Shown here in pieces: positions 39,501 to 55,808 of a stretch of 64,000 nt of DNA (positions within the stretch are counted from its first letter, which is position 1; each line of letters starts with the position of its first letter). Source of the stretch: the human T2T-CHM13v2.0 reference genome, Homo sapiens; NCBI RefSeq assembly GCF_009914755.1, contig NC_060936.1; one strand, written 5' to 3'. The notes beneath the pieces were generated by a model, which was given only the letters and a program-made list of their open reading frames with translations, was not told the DNA's origin and did not search any database. Both the position numbers and the translations under genes were made by a program.

Positions 39501-42500
39501 GCCAGGAGGTTAGAGTCACAGAACAAGTGAAATGTGTGATGGGAGGAATAAGGAGGGTGCATTCTGGGCTCAAGGCTTTTGGACAGAGAAAGCCAGGCCT
39601 AAGTGAACCATCACACTGAGGGGTCCAGGGTAGACAAAGAGCTTTGAGGTCCAGAATAGGTAGGAATATGAGAAGGGAGAATCACAAGAGGAAGGGAGTG
39701 GGCACAGGATATGAACTTCCAACTTTGCAAATTTATGCAAGACTCTTTCTCACCTAGGTTTGACCTTCCTCCGAGGTTCTCTGTGGCCAGACCTATGAAG
39801 CCCAGCTTGAGACTCATGATCATTTTTCCTCTTAGAATTACGCTGATCACTTTCCTACTGCTGTGGTTGCTGCAACATCTGGCCAGGATGCTTTCTCTCA
39901 TCACTTCAGGGGCACTTCCAGGAAGCTGTAGGCTTCAGGAGTGAGGGAAAGGTGAGGAGGGTTGTGTGGAGGCCACAGTCCAGCAGAATCAATGAGCTGG
40001 CTTTGCCTCTGCCCCTGCCCCTGCAGACCCTCCCTGCTACAGCTCCTGTCTGGTCTAAGGACTTCTCTGCTACACCAGAGAAATCCATCTCCTCTTCCTC
40101 ACATGTATTCCCAAGATTTGCTACACAGATGGAACCCCCCAGCAGGTGTCAGAATCCTCCAGTTCCTGGCTACTGTCTCATTCTCTCAGGGGAGGTGCCC
40201 CGGTGTCTGCCTGGGGTTGAGCCCTGGCTCTGCCATTTATTACCTCAGTGATCTGAGGCCTCAGCTTCCTCATCTGTAAAAAGAATAGTACTGATGTCCC
40301 ACTTACAGAGCTACATATAAAGAGTTCAGCATCTTTATTATAGTAAGTACATACATAGTCAATCCAAAATCAATGTTCACTACTATTATTACCACTGTGA
40401 CTACTCCAATTAATTATCCAATTAACAAGTGCTAATTAAGAAGCTACTTTGTTCCCACCATTGGGCTGAGAATAAAACACTCCACCAAAATGAACAACGA
40501 TAATGATAAAATAATGGTTTTCATTATGAGTGCTAATTTTGTGCCAGGCACTGTGCTAAAGACTTTTAGTAATTTGTATTGTCTTCTTTACTCTTCCAAA
40601 CCAAAACTCTGGGAGTGACAGGTAGGGAGAGAGGAGGGAGTGGGATATAAACTTAGAATCTCCCTTTCACAGACAGCCTTTGCAGAAAGTCCAACTTACT
40701 CCCAGGAATGGCCAAGTCTTTCTCAGAGCTGGGATGCAATCTCCCTCACCCAGTCGCACACCCCTGGGCCCTGCCTACAACAGTCCAGGGAAGCACCTTT
40801 AGCCCTCCTTTACTTCTTTTTGAATCTTCTACCAGCCTGCTTTCCTGTCTCCCCTTCCACTCCCATCTAATCAATGTAGAAATGGCCTCTCATTTCACTT
40901 CTGAGAAGCCATTTCCTGTCATCTCTTTAAAGTCTACCGCTTTCCCACTGACTGTCTCTAATAAGCAGAAAGCAAATGTCTAGCCCTCCTTGTCAGCATA
41001 ATTAGGAAACTGCTTCCTCTGGACGTGCCTGAAGTCCCTATGTTGCTAAGAGCAAGACTCTTCATGTTTTGCCATTTGGGACGTAACTGTTTTGGTGAGC
41101 AGTGTGCAAATCAGTTTTTAACACCAACATTCTGGTCTAGTCTTTGAGACAGGAAAAAGATGAAAATACATATGTTTCCACATTTTAGGGTAGAAAACCC
41201 AGTCTGTGGTTTCCCTGGCACTGCTTGTGGTACCATTGAGACCTTCAAGCCATGCAGCCCCATAGGTATACTGTTCCTTATTTGCTAACCTGGTGTTCAA
41301 AATAAAAAGACTGGTTTCCTTAGTAGCATTTGATTTTGATTTTACTGAAACTTGTGTGGTTAAAAACGTTCTTATACTATTAGTATGTGACCTTTAAGAT
41401 ATTTGTCAGGAAAAAAAATCTCATAAGAGTAGAACCTTGTTTCCCAACTGAGTCTCTTTTCACTTCAGAAATGGAGTCCCTTAAAATGATCCCTTCCCAA
41501 CTATACCCTGAAATCTTCAAACCCCTATTTTCTCTTCTTCCCACTTCAAGAGAAATTTTGGGTCACATGTCCCATTACTCCAAATGGTAGATACTGGCCA
41601 GCAACAATTTTTCTAAGTTTCATACCTTGCCTGACTTTTTTTGTGTCAACCAACCTGAGCTCATGGGCCATGGGCATGAAATAGCAGCAGCTGTAGTAGC
41701 AGTAGCCACAAAATGTATCAATAAAAGATGAAAAATGACATTTAAACAAAGAACAAACCAGAATAAAATGATCAGTTCATTCCTGTCTGACATGCACATC
41801 AGTTAAGAATCTAATAACCCGATGCCTTTGGAAAGATGCAAAGTCTCAGATGTTGGGACCACTGTTTGAAAGTCATATGGACATTTGTCTGGGGGTGCTT
41901 GTTCAGTAATTCATGGTGTGTCCTTCTTGGTTGCTGTGTCCTTTGAGTATGTGTTTTCTGATTTACCTCTGGTAACCCTGAGTCAGGAATTAAAGTAGAG
42001 AAAGAACTCAGGGAAACAATAATCGATTTTTAACTACATTATGACAAACTGTCTTCACTGATGTTATTCCTTCAATTGGCCGGTGTTACATTGTCCTGGT
42101 GTCTTCTAGACATGGTCACACTTGCAGACTAATACAGCTATGAGGTCTGGCCCCTTCAGTTACATCCAATTCAACCCAGTATATTACCCTAGGGAAACTG
42201 ACAGTGGGGATTTCCTAACTCCTGAGCCAGAGTTTCCAACATGTCATTTTCCAGTTACTCAGCATTTTCTACTCTAGTGATAGTCCCTAAACTTACTGAT
42301 TAAAAACAAAAATAGCTAAGCCCCAATTACCCAGAATTCCTGGTGCCCCTAACCCACCCAAGATCAGTTACTCATATTGATGATTCTTGTTACCCCAGAG
42401 TTTTCAGTGCCTTCTACATAGTACCCTCAATGAGAGAAAAATATTAATTTGAAAATATTTGAAATGATCTTGTCAAACTCCTTGGAAGATTAATCATATG

Positions 42501-45500
42501 CCATTGATTAGAAACCAGAGAAAAGCAAGGCTGCAAAATTATGGCTTCATGCATGCACAGGTGTGGAAGTTTCCATAAAATTCAATTAGTCCAATGGTCA
42601 TAGGGCTGAGTGGGTGATAGCCATCTCCCCACCCTCCAAGTAATTTTGGAAATGTACTGTGAGCAACTCTGATTGTCACAATAATTTCGTAGGTTCTACT
42701 GGAGTATTGTGGGTGGGGAAGTCAATGAGGTTAGAACTCCTGCAATGCATGAGACAGTTTTGTGCAATGAAGAATTGCCCCATGTCTCATGCAATTTACA
42801 CACATAATTTATCTTAATTTATACAGTGGCCCTGTAGGTAGTGTATTTATCTCCATCTGGCAGATTATAATGGAGGTTAATGGGGAGCCTTCATCTTCCC
42901 TACCTGCTTGAAAATCTCTATCCCTAGAACTAATCATTTTGGTTCAACGTATGCAGACAATATTCCTCCCTCAATTTTTCTAGATTGTTCACATCTCCAT
43001 GGGGCATATGCAGGGGCCTCTAGAGACCCCACTACAACATCTAAGATAATTCTCCACCTAAAGTAGTGAAAAATCATGTTGGACACCAGAAAGCTCTTAG
43101 CAAGGCTCAATAATTAATTACTGATGTTATTTTCACATGGAAAGAAATATTCTTGGTAAATCAGAATAAATTTCTTGAAACTTCATGTAAAATTCATAAT
43201 TGTGTTAAGGTAATTTTGAGCCACTGTCTGTGTATGCCGTTCTGTGGGATACACAGAGTATACCTTTGTGAGGCTCCAGGGACATTCTTTCCACTTCGTA
43301 CTTCTTTCTAAATCACAAGGTAAGATCTTATGAGATGCAAAGATTAATTTGTTTTCCTCCACCAACTTAAATTTTTCTCCCTTTCTTTACTACCTGTAGG
43401 ATTTTAGCACTGAATAAATAATAGGCTTGAAGGTGAACTATTTTCATGAGCCCATATGCATTAGGACAAAAACTGAATTCTATGGTTTAACCAGGACATA
43501 ATATACATCAATATGGTCTTTGAATGGCTTACAAAGGAAAAAAAACATTTCCTGGGTTATTGGAAGCAGCATGGTGTCAAAGTAGTTAAACAGATTCTAT
43601 CTCTGTGGTCAAGTACCAGTGCTGTAAAATCACATGAGGTTGAAAAAGAGGAATAAAAATGGAATTTGCTTACCCACACATACCCTAATGACCAAACATT
43701 GTAAGTAAACTGAATTGGGCAATTACTATGTTAGTGACTGGTGAAATACTCCCATTGAATTGATTGGTCCTGTTCTTGCTCCTCCCATGGGGTACATGCC
43801 TGGTTGTGTACCCCCAACTCAGAGACAAAAAAGTTTGCTTTCCCTTCAGTCAGCGTACTACACTTTCCCCTGTTTGAAACTTATTCTGCTGTGGCTTCTT
43901 TGTTTATTTCATGTCATCTGCTCTTCAAAAATAAAGACAACTCTCACTTCACCAGTCTAAGATAAAGTAGAACCACCCACACAACCATGAAACACTACAG
44001 TATATGTGTTTAGCATTTTTTCAAAAAGTGTTTTGTGACACACAATATTGGCTCTTTTTCCCTGCACCTGAAGGCCTAAATTGTAGAACATTAGTTTGCT
44101 GGGTCTCTATTAGTTCACCAATGGATGCTGATGTCTCAATTTTTCAAAAGCTTTCCAGTGACTTATGCAAAGCCCTCAGGAAACCTGAGTAGCAAATAGG
44201 ATTAGCATATTTGTAAAGACCCAGAAGTAATGCATTAACATGCTGAGGTGTCATAAGCCCCAGTGAATATGTTGATAATTAGTGCTTCTTAGAGAGCAGC
44301 TAGATCACCTTCCTCCATGCTAATGATGTGCAAATAATCCTTGGTGAATCTGAACATCTGCTAGTGGGTGTCCCCAAGCAGGATGCAATGACAGGAGACA
44401 GATTTATCAACATTGCTGTTGGATTCCACCAAAAACATACTCCAGCCCATAAAACCTTCTATCAGGCATAATCATATTCCTAGCCATAATTTTGCTATTG
44501 TTTGCAATCCTATTTTTTTTCTATCTATACTAATTAAAGTCTTGGTGCACCCAAAGTAGTTTGTATAAATTACATGAACTCATAAAAATTTCAGTGTTCA
44601 TTTGACATGAATCGTTAATACCACTTTTTTGGATGGTTAAAGAGCAAGTGCATTGTTTTTTTAATTGCCACTACGGCAGTGAATGAGAGTATCAACTATA
44701 TTTGTTAAAATGTAAACAGAAAAACAAAACAAAATCATATTCTAGTGTTTGGTGAGATAATAACAGATTTTTCCAGCCTGAAATAGAGTTTGTTTCCCAG
44801 AATCTTCTGGTGAAAATGGAAGCACATGTCCCTTAGAATAATGCTCTTTGTGTCAGTCTAGGTGACACATGGTTACTTTGCTCAAGTAGAAGCTGGCTAA
44901 CCTCCAGATAGCGACTCCATTATGGGACATATGATTCTCTCTGTTCCAGCTTTGTGACCCCAGAGCTCCCCAACTTATCCTCCCCCATCACCTTATTTCC
45001 AGTTTCCCCTAGTATTTTCGGCCAGAAGAGTTCTTGATTAATCTGAGGGTTAGGGTAGAACTTGCTCCTCTAGCTCAGGATGCTTTCTCTTAAATTGTTT
45101 GTCTATATTATAAGTCTTTTTTATTTTTTAACATCCTAGGCTTTTGAAAGTGGAGACCTAGTTTTTCTCCATTTTCCATTGTTACATCAGTTCTCCTTGA
45201 CAACTAGCACAGAATGGCCTATTTCAATGGGAGGGATGGTCCAAGATCAAACAAATACAGAGGAAAAACAATGAGTTGAAAATTCGAAACAATTCCACTA
45301 CAAATTCTTAACATGAACCACAAAATCCTTCTGAAGGCAATATTTGAGAATAAGCACTAACAAGATTTAAATTCATGAAATTAGATCTTAATTGATTATT
45401 TAAGCATCAGAGAAGTTTAAGAAACAGAAAAATCTACTACATTTCATTATCTCCTACAATTCATGAATCTGGCACCCAGAATATTACAAGGCTCCTTCCA

Positions 45501-46927
45501 GAAACTATGTTAGTGTCATAGCTCACATTTACACAGAACTTTGCCATTTGAAGTCACAAATATTATGTCATTTGATCCTGAGTTAGTCAAAGTCACATAG
45601 ATGGTGAGAGTGACAGTGTCAGATCTCCAAAAATACTTGGTATTTCTGAAAAGCAATTGCCCTCTAAAAATCATAACCTCAATTAAATAGAGTGTTTATC
45701 CAAACATGATCACTGATTCATTTGGACTTCTTACAAATCTTTTCACAATTTGTGTACCTTTTCTTATCTAAAGCATATCATCAGGCCCCTATATGTCATT
45801 TTCCCAGCTCTCTGTGGTTGTAGTCTCAGCCTGCTCAAACCCCTTTACCCCAGGTCTTGAGCAAATACTGATGATATGGGCAGGGCCCATAGCAGTCACA
45901 TCAGTTTACATCCACAGCAGTTTAGCAAGGACCTGATGCAACAGAGAAGAGTCTGATGCTGTTTGGACCTCTCGAGCCCCAGGACTTCCTGCCCCTTCCT
46001 CTTCTCAAGCTGTTTCAGTGCATTTGATCAGGTATGCTGGTCAGTACTCAGATCCTCATCGCCCTTGTGTCAGTGCTTGCTCAAAAGGACTAGATGCCAC
46101 CATGGGGACCCCGCTCACCAGTGGTGGCCTCGTCTTTTATAGATGGATTCCTCAAAATCACACTTGCCGCCCTTGTCTCCAAGATTTGGATCACGGTCTA
46201 GATGCTCCCACCCTTTCTCCTCAAAACTGCCACACCACAGTCTCACCAACCGCCAGGGTGCTCTGCCCTTTCGTGACCAAATCCCTGAAGCTAGGTGAGT
46301 TTTGCAAGCCCTATGCACGGCAGTCCCACTCCCTGATGATCCTAAGATGTAAGACCTCACAGAATTTACACTGGAGCCTAAGTAACAGTGCACCATGCCA
46401 AAGAAGACAGAGTTAAACTAAACACAATCCAGGGATTCTGACTTACTGACTTCTTTTGCAACTTGCTTCCTCTCTCAGTTCTTCTAGAAATGGAAAATTT
46501 TTCAGATCAAGAAAAACTGAACAGAACTTGCCAGAATGACGAAGCTAATGACAGTGATTCATTGATTTATTCAACAAAAATCACAATAATAATAATAGGC
46601 ATTTACAGAGCATTGTCTCTCTTCCAAGCATTTTGTATGCATTTTATTTAATCTTCACAACAATCTTATCAATGAGGCTTGGAGACTATAAGTAACTTCC
46701 CTAAAGTTTCACAGCTAAAGAGATCTAAGTCTAACTGAATCCCAAACAAGTACAGCACGTGCTTGCTAGTTGCTCATGAGTATAATTTTACACTAGCCTA
46801 TTACATATCCTTGGGGGTGGCCGTAACCAAGATGTCAATGGTTCTCTGATGTAACTTTACATCGCCACGGGGAAAGATGGCAGGCTTTTTCCCATGGTGC
46901 ATTTTGCCAGTCACCAGTGGAAGGTGA

Positions 46928-47062
<135 letters not shown>

Positions 47063-48273
47063 TGAGTAGAAGCCATAGTCATTGAAAAGACAGAATCATG
47101 GACAAGAGTCATTATGAGATTTAGGAGAAGGAAAAGCTTCAAGAAGAAATAATTCATTGTGACCCCTCAGACCATCCTCCGGATAAACAGCATTGAGATT
47201 GCTCTGTGTTTGTTGTAGTCACCGAGTTAGTATTTGCAGAAATATAAAAATAAACTCTTGCTTTCCAAGGAAAAAAAGAATCTTGGGTATGGCCACCCCC
47301 AATAATGTGTAATGGGCTAGTGTAAAATTATACTAATGAGCAACTAGTGAGCACATGCTGTACTTAACAGCTCTTGTTCAGGATTCAGTTAGACTTAGAT
47401 CTCTTTAGCTGCAAAACTTTGGGAATGTTATTTATAGTTTCCAAGCCTCATTGATAAGATTGTTGTGAAGATTAAATAGAATGCATATAAAATGCAGCTC
47501 AGTTGGTGAAGGCACTTTCACCTTTGATCCTTCATCACCATCTGCCCAAAAGAAGCCCTGTCATGGAGCAGCCAGATTCTCATTTTAGGTAAACAGAAAA
47601 GGATAAGGCACTTCTGGCCTTGTATTTTCTCCCAGAGCACTCAGATGCTGATTATATTACAGACAAATCAAGATTTCTCAACCCTCTTCAATTCTTTCAA
47701 TCAATTATCCATTTAGTGTAACTATGTGATAATGTCTAACACATAAATTATCATGAAAAATGTGAAAGCTACTAAACTAAAAAAAAAAAAATTCTTTTTA
47801 GTAGCAAGGATTTTGTATGGGGAAGCCTGGCTTTGTGGGAAATGATTTGATAAACTTACACTGGAAACTGAACCTTAGGGAATGGATTCCATTCCAGTCA
47901 AATCTTCAAAGGAAAAGAGGAAGCTACTCTGGATAATAAGAGTGAAGAATTGGAAGTTCCTGGGAGGAAATCCTGGAAAGGAAAAGAAATTGGTACTGTG
48001 TAGAGGAAAGAGAAAACTCTCCCCTCTCCATGATGGTGCAGCTGAGGCAGAACTTTGGAAAAAGAAAATCTCTGGAATACTGACAATCGTGTTTCCCTAA
48101 AAAACCCTCCGACACCTTCAGAAACTATTCTGAATTGCTGAGTATTAATGCTTTTGTGTGAGTATGTTATTTTGAGGAGTTAAGCTCTATGTCTTGATAA
48201 GAATGTATCAAAAATAGACCTCGCACATCAATCCAGGAGTCAGAGGTCACAAAGGAGACTGACAAATGGGTCA

Positions 48274-48771
48274 TGGTGAGAACTATGACCACCCGTGTCC
48301 ATATAGCTTAACTAGCAGAACTGAAGCTGAATGCCACCTTGGTCAAGATGACTTAAACAAACCAGTAAATAATTTCACTGCTTGCTTCAGAAAAGTATTG
48401 AAAATCATTTTATCTGAACAAATCGTTTGCTTAACTGGACAAACGACCTCCTTCTCAGGACAGTAGATTGCTCCCCTGAGTAAACAATTATCAAATGACT
48501 ACTTATATGTCAAGAATTGCTTCAAGAACCTTGCCTTATATTTCCACCAGACCTAAATCAACATACCAGATTCCCCAATCTCAGTTTCCCTTTACTAAAA
48601 GACTTTTCTCAAACCACTTGATCCCATAGCCCCAAGCCCTATAAATATCCTCCTGACCTCCTCTGAACCTCTAGGTTCTGAGACCTAGTAAGACTTTGTC
48701 AAGCTTACTATAGTAGGCTTAATACACAGCTTTGATTGATCAACAGGTGCTTTTTTTTAGGCAAGTCAACA
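48274..48771 (+). mobile_element. Old ERV1-type solo LTR (MER90/MER110-like)
   Basis: TGGTGAGAACTATGACC start, internal TATAAATA at ~48641, ...GTCAACA end; family name uncertain. Confidence 0.55.
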
Positions 48772-49014
48772 GGGGCTAGTGCTGAGCCTGTCACAGACCA
48801 CATGCTATGATATTAACAATATAATAATAACAAATAAAGGCCTAGCAGAGGCTAGCATAATACCAAATACTCAATAAATGAGGCGGCATAAAGCTACTTG
48901 CATAACTGTGGCAAGAAAGATGGTAATATTAATAAAATATCAGGTGACAAATAACAGGCCACAAGATATCCTGAGCTCAACTTGAACTTTTCCATTCCAA
49001 ATGTGATATCAAAT

Positions 49015-49092
49015 TTCTTTACCAAAGAAATTTTGTTTCTTTGCTTCTTTACCAAAGAAATTTTGTTTCTTTGCTTCTTTAGCAAAGAAATT
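49015..49092. repeat. 30-bp tandem repeat, 2.6 copies
   Basis: Unit ttctttaccaaagaaattttgtttctttgc, one mismatch. Confidence 0.95.
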
Positions 49093-50386
49093 CAAATCTA
49101 GGTACAAGAATACACAACGAATTGTTTTTACCTTAATAGTCAGGACAGAACAGAGTGATTTCAAATAAGTGACCCTTGTACTGAAAGCAGAATAAGTAAC
49201 TACCTTTTTTTTAAGTCAATTCCATATTGATATTTCCAATATAACAAGGTTTCTTTTCTCCTTTCTCAAAAATTAGTTTATAATCCTTTTTTTTTCTAGT
49301 TTTGGTGTCCCACAATTACTTATTGTCATTTCAAGCAAAAATGAAAAATCACAGTATTATCCTTCCTGGAATCAGCTGCCAAGTCAGCTTCCATTCAGAC
49401 AGTTCATCTTGTTGGCATCAGTCACAGTCTTCCTCAGAGGAACATGAAAGAATGCACAAGTGTAAGTCTCCTAGCGTTCTAGCATCCCAAAAAGAGTCCC
49501 ATACAATTAGTAAACAACAGCAATGCAAGGACTCAAAAATAATAAGTCTTTGGTATTTGATCTAAATTTTTTCACTGGTTTTTCATTTTTATAGCTTTAA
49601 TGCCATGAGTTTTGTCTAGGATTTTTTTTTTTTGCATATGTGCATCCAATTGTTCCAGCAATATTTGTTGAACAATCTATGCTCTCTCCATTGAATTACC
49701 TTTACTCTGTCAAAACTCAGTGGACTATATTTGTATGAGTCTATTTCTGGGCTCTCTGTTCAGTTCTATTGATTTATATGGCTATTCTTTCACCAGTACC
49801 ATTTTGTACTAATTACTGTGCCTTATAGTAGGTTTTCAAGTTAAATAGTATGAGTCCTCCAAATTTGTTCTTCTTCAGTATAGGGTTAGCTATTCTATGT
49901 TTTTTCCCTTTCCACATAAATTTCAAAATTTGTTGGTATCTACAAAATACTTGCTGGGATTTTGTTGAATCTATAGATGAAGCTAATAAGAAATAACATC
50001 TTAATGATATGGAGTCTTCCAATCCATGAACATGGAATGTTTCTCCATTTACCTAGATCTTCTTTGATGTTTTTCATCAGTGCATTGTAATTTACTACAT
50101 AGAGGTCATGTACATATTTTGTTAGATTTATACCTATTCCATGTTTTGGGTGCTATTGTAAATGATGTTTTTAACTTCAAATTTTAATTGTTCAGTGCTG
50201 GTATATTGGAAAGCAATTAACTTTTGTGTATTCGCCTTGTATCCTGTCACCTTGCAACACTCATTTATTAGTTCCAAGAACTTTTTGTCAGTTCCTTGAG
50301 ATTTCCTGCACAGACAATTATGTCACTATGAACAGTTTAATTTCTTCTTTTCCAATCTGTATACCTTCTGTTTTCTTCTACAAATA

Positions 50387-50820
50387 TGTTAGGTTAAATG
50401 GAAAAGAATTAAGGTTGAAGATGAAATTAAGGTTGGTAATCACCTGGCCTCCAGATGAGGAGATTATCCTGGATTATCTGGGTAAGCCGATATGAAAGCA
50501 AAGGTTCTTATAAATGGGTAATATAGGCAGAGAGAGAGAACCAGAGAGATGGCAGCATGAAAAGGACTCAGCTGACAAGGAGGAAGCAGACTGCGAGCCA
50601 AGTAGTGCAGGCAGCCTCTAGAAATTAAAAAAGATAAGGAAACAGATTCTCTTCTCAGAGCCTCCAGAAGGAACACAGAGCTTCCCTACACCTTAATTTT
50701 AGTCACTGAGACTGATTTTGGACTTATGACATCCGGAACTGGAAAATAACAGATTTGTGTTGTTTTAAGCCACCAAGTTTGTGGTAATTTGTTACAACAG
50801 CAATGGGAAACTAACATACA
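50387..50820 (+). mobile_element. MLT1E-like LTR
   Basis: gaattaaggttg...gagattatcctggattatctggg...gggaaactaacataca. Confidence 0.75.
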
Positions 50821-50939
50821 TATCTTCTGAAAATAAGCCTGTTGTAATTTTTTGTTCTTCCACAGGTAAAGTGGTGTTTTTTCCCTTTGGCTCTTTCAAG
50901 TTTTTCTCTTTGTTTTTCTGCCATTTGAATATGATATTC

Positions 50940-51348
50940 TGTCTTAGACCATTTTGTGCTGCTATTACAGAACACCTGAGACTGAGTAATCTATAATGAG
51001 CAGGCATTAATTTGTCTCACAGTTCTGGAGGCTGGGAAACCTAAGGCCAAGGGGCTGCACCTGGTGAAGACCTTCTTGCTGCATCACAACCTGGCAAAAG
51101 GCATCACATGGATGAGAGAGAGCAATAGAGCTTGAGAGAGAAAGGTTCAGAGGAGGAGGAGAAGGAGGCTGAATTTATTCTAAAAGTAAACCCACTCTTA
51201 GGATAACTAACCCATTCTCAATAATGACATTAATCCATTCATGAGGGCACAGCCGTCATGACCTAATCACCTCTTAAAGGTCCCTGTCTCAACACTATTG
51301 TGTTGGAGATTAAGTTTACAATACCTGAACTTCTTACAAACCACAGCA
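50940..51348 (-). mobile_element. MSTC/D-like MaLR solo LTR
   Basis: TGTCTTAG...CCACAGCA termini; TSD TATTC/CATTC. Confidence 0.82.
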
Positions 51349-52711
51349 CATTCTTAGGGGTAGTTTTATGGCAATTTGTTCTGCCCAGTATTCTATGAGG
51401 ATCTATTGTTTTGCTACGTATTTTGAAATTGCCAAAAAAAGGAAAAAAGAAAAAAGATATTGTCCCCTCCCCAGTTCTTGGAAGTTCTTTTTTGTGTGTT
51501 TTTTTCTATTCTGTTTGTTTGCTTGTTCTTCATTTTCTCTCTCTGCATTTCAGTTTGGGAAGTTTCTATTTACCTATCTTCAAGCTCACTGATTCTCTTC
51601 AAGCTCACTGATACGTTGTGTTTACTGGAGCCTATCGAAGACAATCTTCATTTCTGTCACAGTATTTTTTATTTATAGTATTTCTATTTGATTCTTTTCT
51701 TAGAATTTCCATCTCTCTACTGACATTACCCATCTGTTCTTGCATGTTGTCTACTTTCTCCCTTAACATATTAATTTTAGTTATTTTAAATTTCTTACCT
51801 GGTAATCCCAAACTCTATGTCATATCCGAGTCTGGTTTTGATGTTTGCTGTATCGCTTCAGGCTGTGTTTTCTCTCACCTTTCCGTGTGCCAGAGGCTTC
51901 AAGTTCTCTGGCATTCTTGCCTTTGTCTCCCATCTTTACCTTGTGCTTCCGTAACTACTCCTACTTAGACAGAGTCTGTGCCTTGCAGCTCTTTCACCTG
52001 TGATCCACTGTTATTACTGGAGCCCTGTGGTATGTAGTAAAGTATGGGGAAAGGGAAGTGTTTTATAATCTTTAAATCTCAGCATTTTAGTGGGCCTGTG
52101 TCTCAGGACTGTGATCTTCACAAGTGTTTCTTCTTGTATAGCTTTAGGTGTAACAGGACAACTAGAAGGGACTCAAGTTAGAGAAACATCCTTCCCCCAC
52201 AGCCCTCTCACAGGAGTCTGGTAAAGCCTTTCCCCTGGAGAGCAGACCTTTGTTTCTGGACATACTTCAGAAGATTACTCGTCCCCTCCCCCTGCCAGAG
52301 CCACAGGGGTATCTTTGTCAGAACTTCACCAGGAGAACTTGGTGGGATTCCTGTAGGTATGCTCACGAAAACATGGAGGACCCATCACAGTTCGGCCCCC
52401 AGGTGTTTCTCACTCCCATGCTAGTCCACACTCAGCCTCCAGCAAGTCATCAAAATTACCATTTAAGTGTTTTAACAAGTTAATTACTCCAGTGGATTCA
52501 GGTCCAAGTAAGCAGATCTTGGCTGTGAATTTCTGGATTTGCCTACTCTCCAGATTTTATTGTGGCAGTTTGTCCTGCAAATTCCGTTCTATGATGGAAC
52601 TAAAAAACTCGCTGATTTAATTTGTCCGGCTTTTCCTTGTTTTAAAGGCTGGAGTAACAACTTCCATGCTCTGTATATGTTGGAGCTAAAATTGGAAGTC
52701 TGTCACGATGG

Positions 52712-53029
<318 letters not shown>

Positions 53030-53044
53030 CATGATGGTTTTTTT

Positions 53045-53460
53045 CATTGAGGCCTCAGTTGGAAAATTCAAATGCTTGGAGCTACAATCATCTAAGAGCT
53101 TGCTCACACACATCTGATGATTTGTGCTGATGCTGAGTGGAAGCCTTACTGGAACTCTTGGCCAGAATATGCACACATGGTTTCCCCATGCAGCCTGAAC
53201 ATCTCAACATGATGTTGGGTTCTGAGGGCAAAAGTCTTGAGATGGAGAGAAGCCAGGTAGAGACTGCACCCTAGACTTCAAAGGATGTGACTTCATTTCC
53301 ATTTCACTTCACTGGTAAGCAAAGTCACAAGCCCCCGCCCAGTATTTAGGGGAGGACCATACCCTCATCTTTAAGTTGGGGGAGTGTCAGTCACATTACA
53401 AGAAGAGCATGGGGATGGGGTGAATATATAGGTGTGATTACTTTTGGAAATTTCACCTGT
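53045..53460 (-). mobile_element. Old MLT1 (F/H-like) LTR fragment
   Basis: aagcaaagtcacaagcccccgcccagtatttaggggagg... Confidence 0.55.
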
Positions 53461-53576
53461 TGCAAGTTAAATATGGGGAATTCTGAGTCATCAAGAATTT
53501 TAGACCTCACCAGTCTGTGACTCTGAAATAATCTCAGAGTGACTTTTTCGTATTTATATTTTGAAAAAATATTGCA

Positions 53577-55070
<1,494 letters not shown>

Positions 55071-55301
55071 CTCCCATTATCTTTAATATAATTACTTAAT
55101 TAATTTCCCATCTGCACTAATATGTCTTCCCCTATGCAGATGCCATTCTTACTTCACTCTAACACTCATGCTGGGCCATCCCAGGACACAGATGTCCTCC
55201 TCACCTTGCCTGGACTCTGACACCCTACTCCAGGCCATTCTTCCACATGGGCACCTCCTTGCTAGGCTAAGGTTCAGAGGACCCATGTCAGGCTGCCGCA
55301 C

Positions 55302-55808
55302 TGTGATAGACTGCATAATGGACCCCCAAAGATGTCCACATCCTAGTCCCCTGAATCTGGGACTGTTGCTTTATATGGCAAAAAAAAACAAACAAACAAA
55401 CAAAAAAAAAAAACTTCTCAGTTAAAAATCTTAAGAAGGAGGAGACAGTATCCCGAATTATTCAAGAGGTCTTAATGTAATCACGAGGGTCCTTATAAGA
55501 GGAAATCGGGAGTATCAGAGTCAGAAAGAATGAGAGAGCCTGGAAGATACTCTTCTGCTGGCTTTTAAAAAGGAAGAGGCCACTAGCTGAGGAATGAGAG
55601 TGGCCTCTAGCAGTTGGAAAAGTCAAGGAAACAGATTGTCTCCTAAAGTCTCCAGAAGGAACAAGCCCTGCCGATGCCTTGATTTTAGCCCACTGAGCCT
55701 AGTTTTGGATTTCTGCCCTCCATGATGATAAGATAATAAACGTGGGTTTTTTTTTTCAGCAACTAAGTTTGTTGTCACTTATTACCAAAGCAATAGGAAA
55801 CTAATATG
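55302..55808 (+). mobile_element. MLT1D-like solo LTR
   Basis: TGTGATAGACTGCATAATGG...CAATAGGAAACTAATATG; TSD CGCAC/CTCAC. Confidence 0.82.

Larger units (their letters stand above)
49565..52700 (-). mobile_element. Old L1M fragments (ORF2 piece 49565-50385; ORF1/5' pieces 50820-52700) interrupted by LTRs
   Basis: Remnant ILKFMWKGKKHRIANPILKK...KTYYKA; tcttccaatccatgaacatgga. Confidence 0.7.

Noticed and set aside
46018-46416. 132-aa ORF in a GC-richer patch, with an internal good Kozak GCCACCATGG at ~46096
   Set aside because: No recognisable protein or splice structure; may be an old LTR I cannot name. A Dfam/PhyloCSF check would settle it.
49015-49092. CRISPR-like ~30-bp palindromic repeats
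   Set aside because: Units are directly adjacent with no spacers, there are no cas genes, and the context is mammalian
51577-51612. 17-bp direct repeat TCTTCAAGCTCACTGAT x2 (and a similar small repeat at ~11990-12020)
   Set aside because: Ordinary slippage duplication inside old repeats; no functional signal
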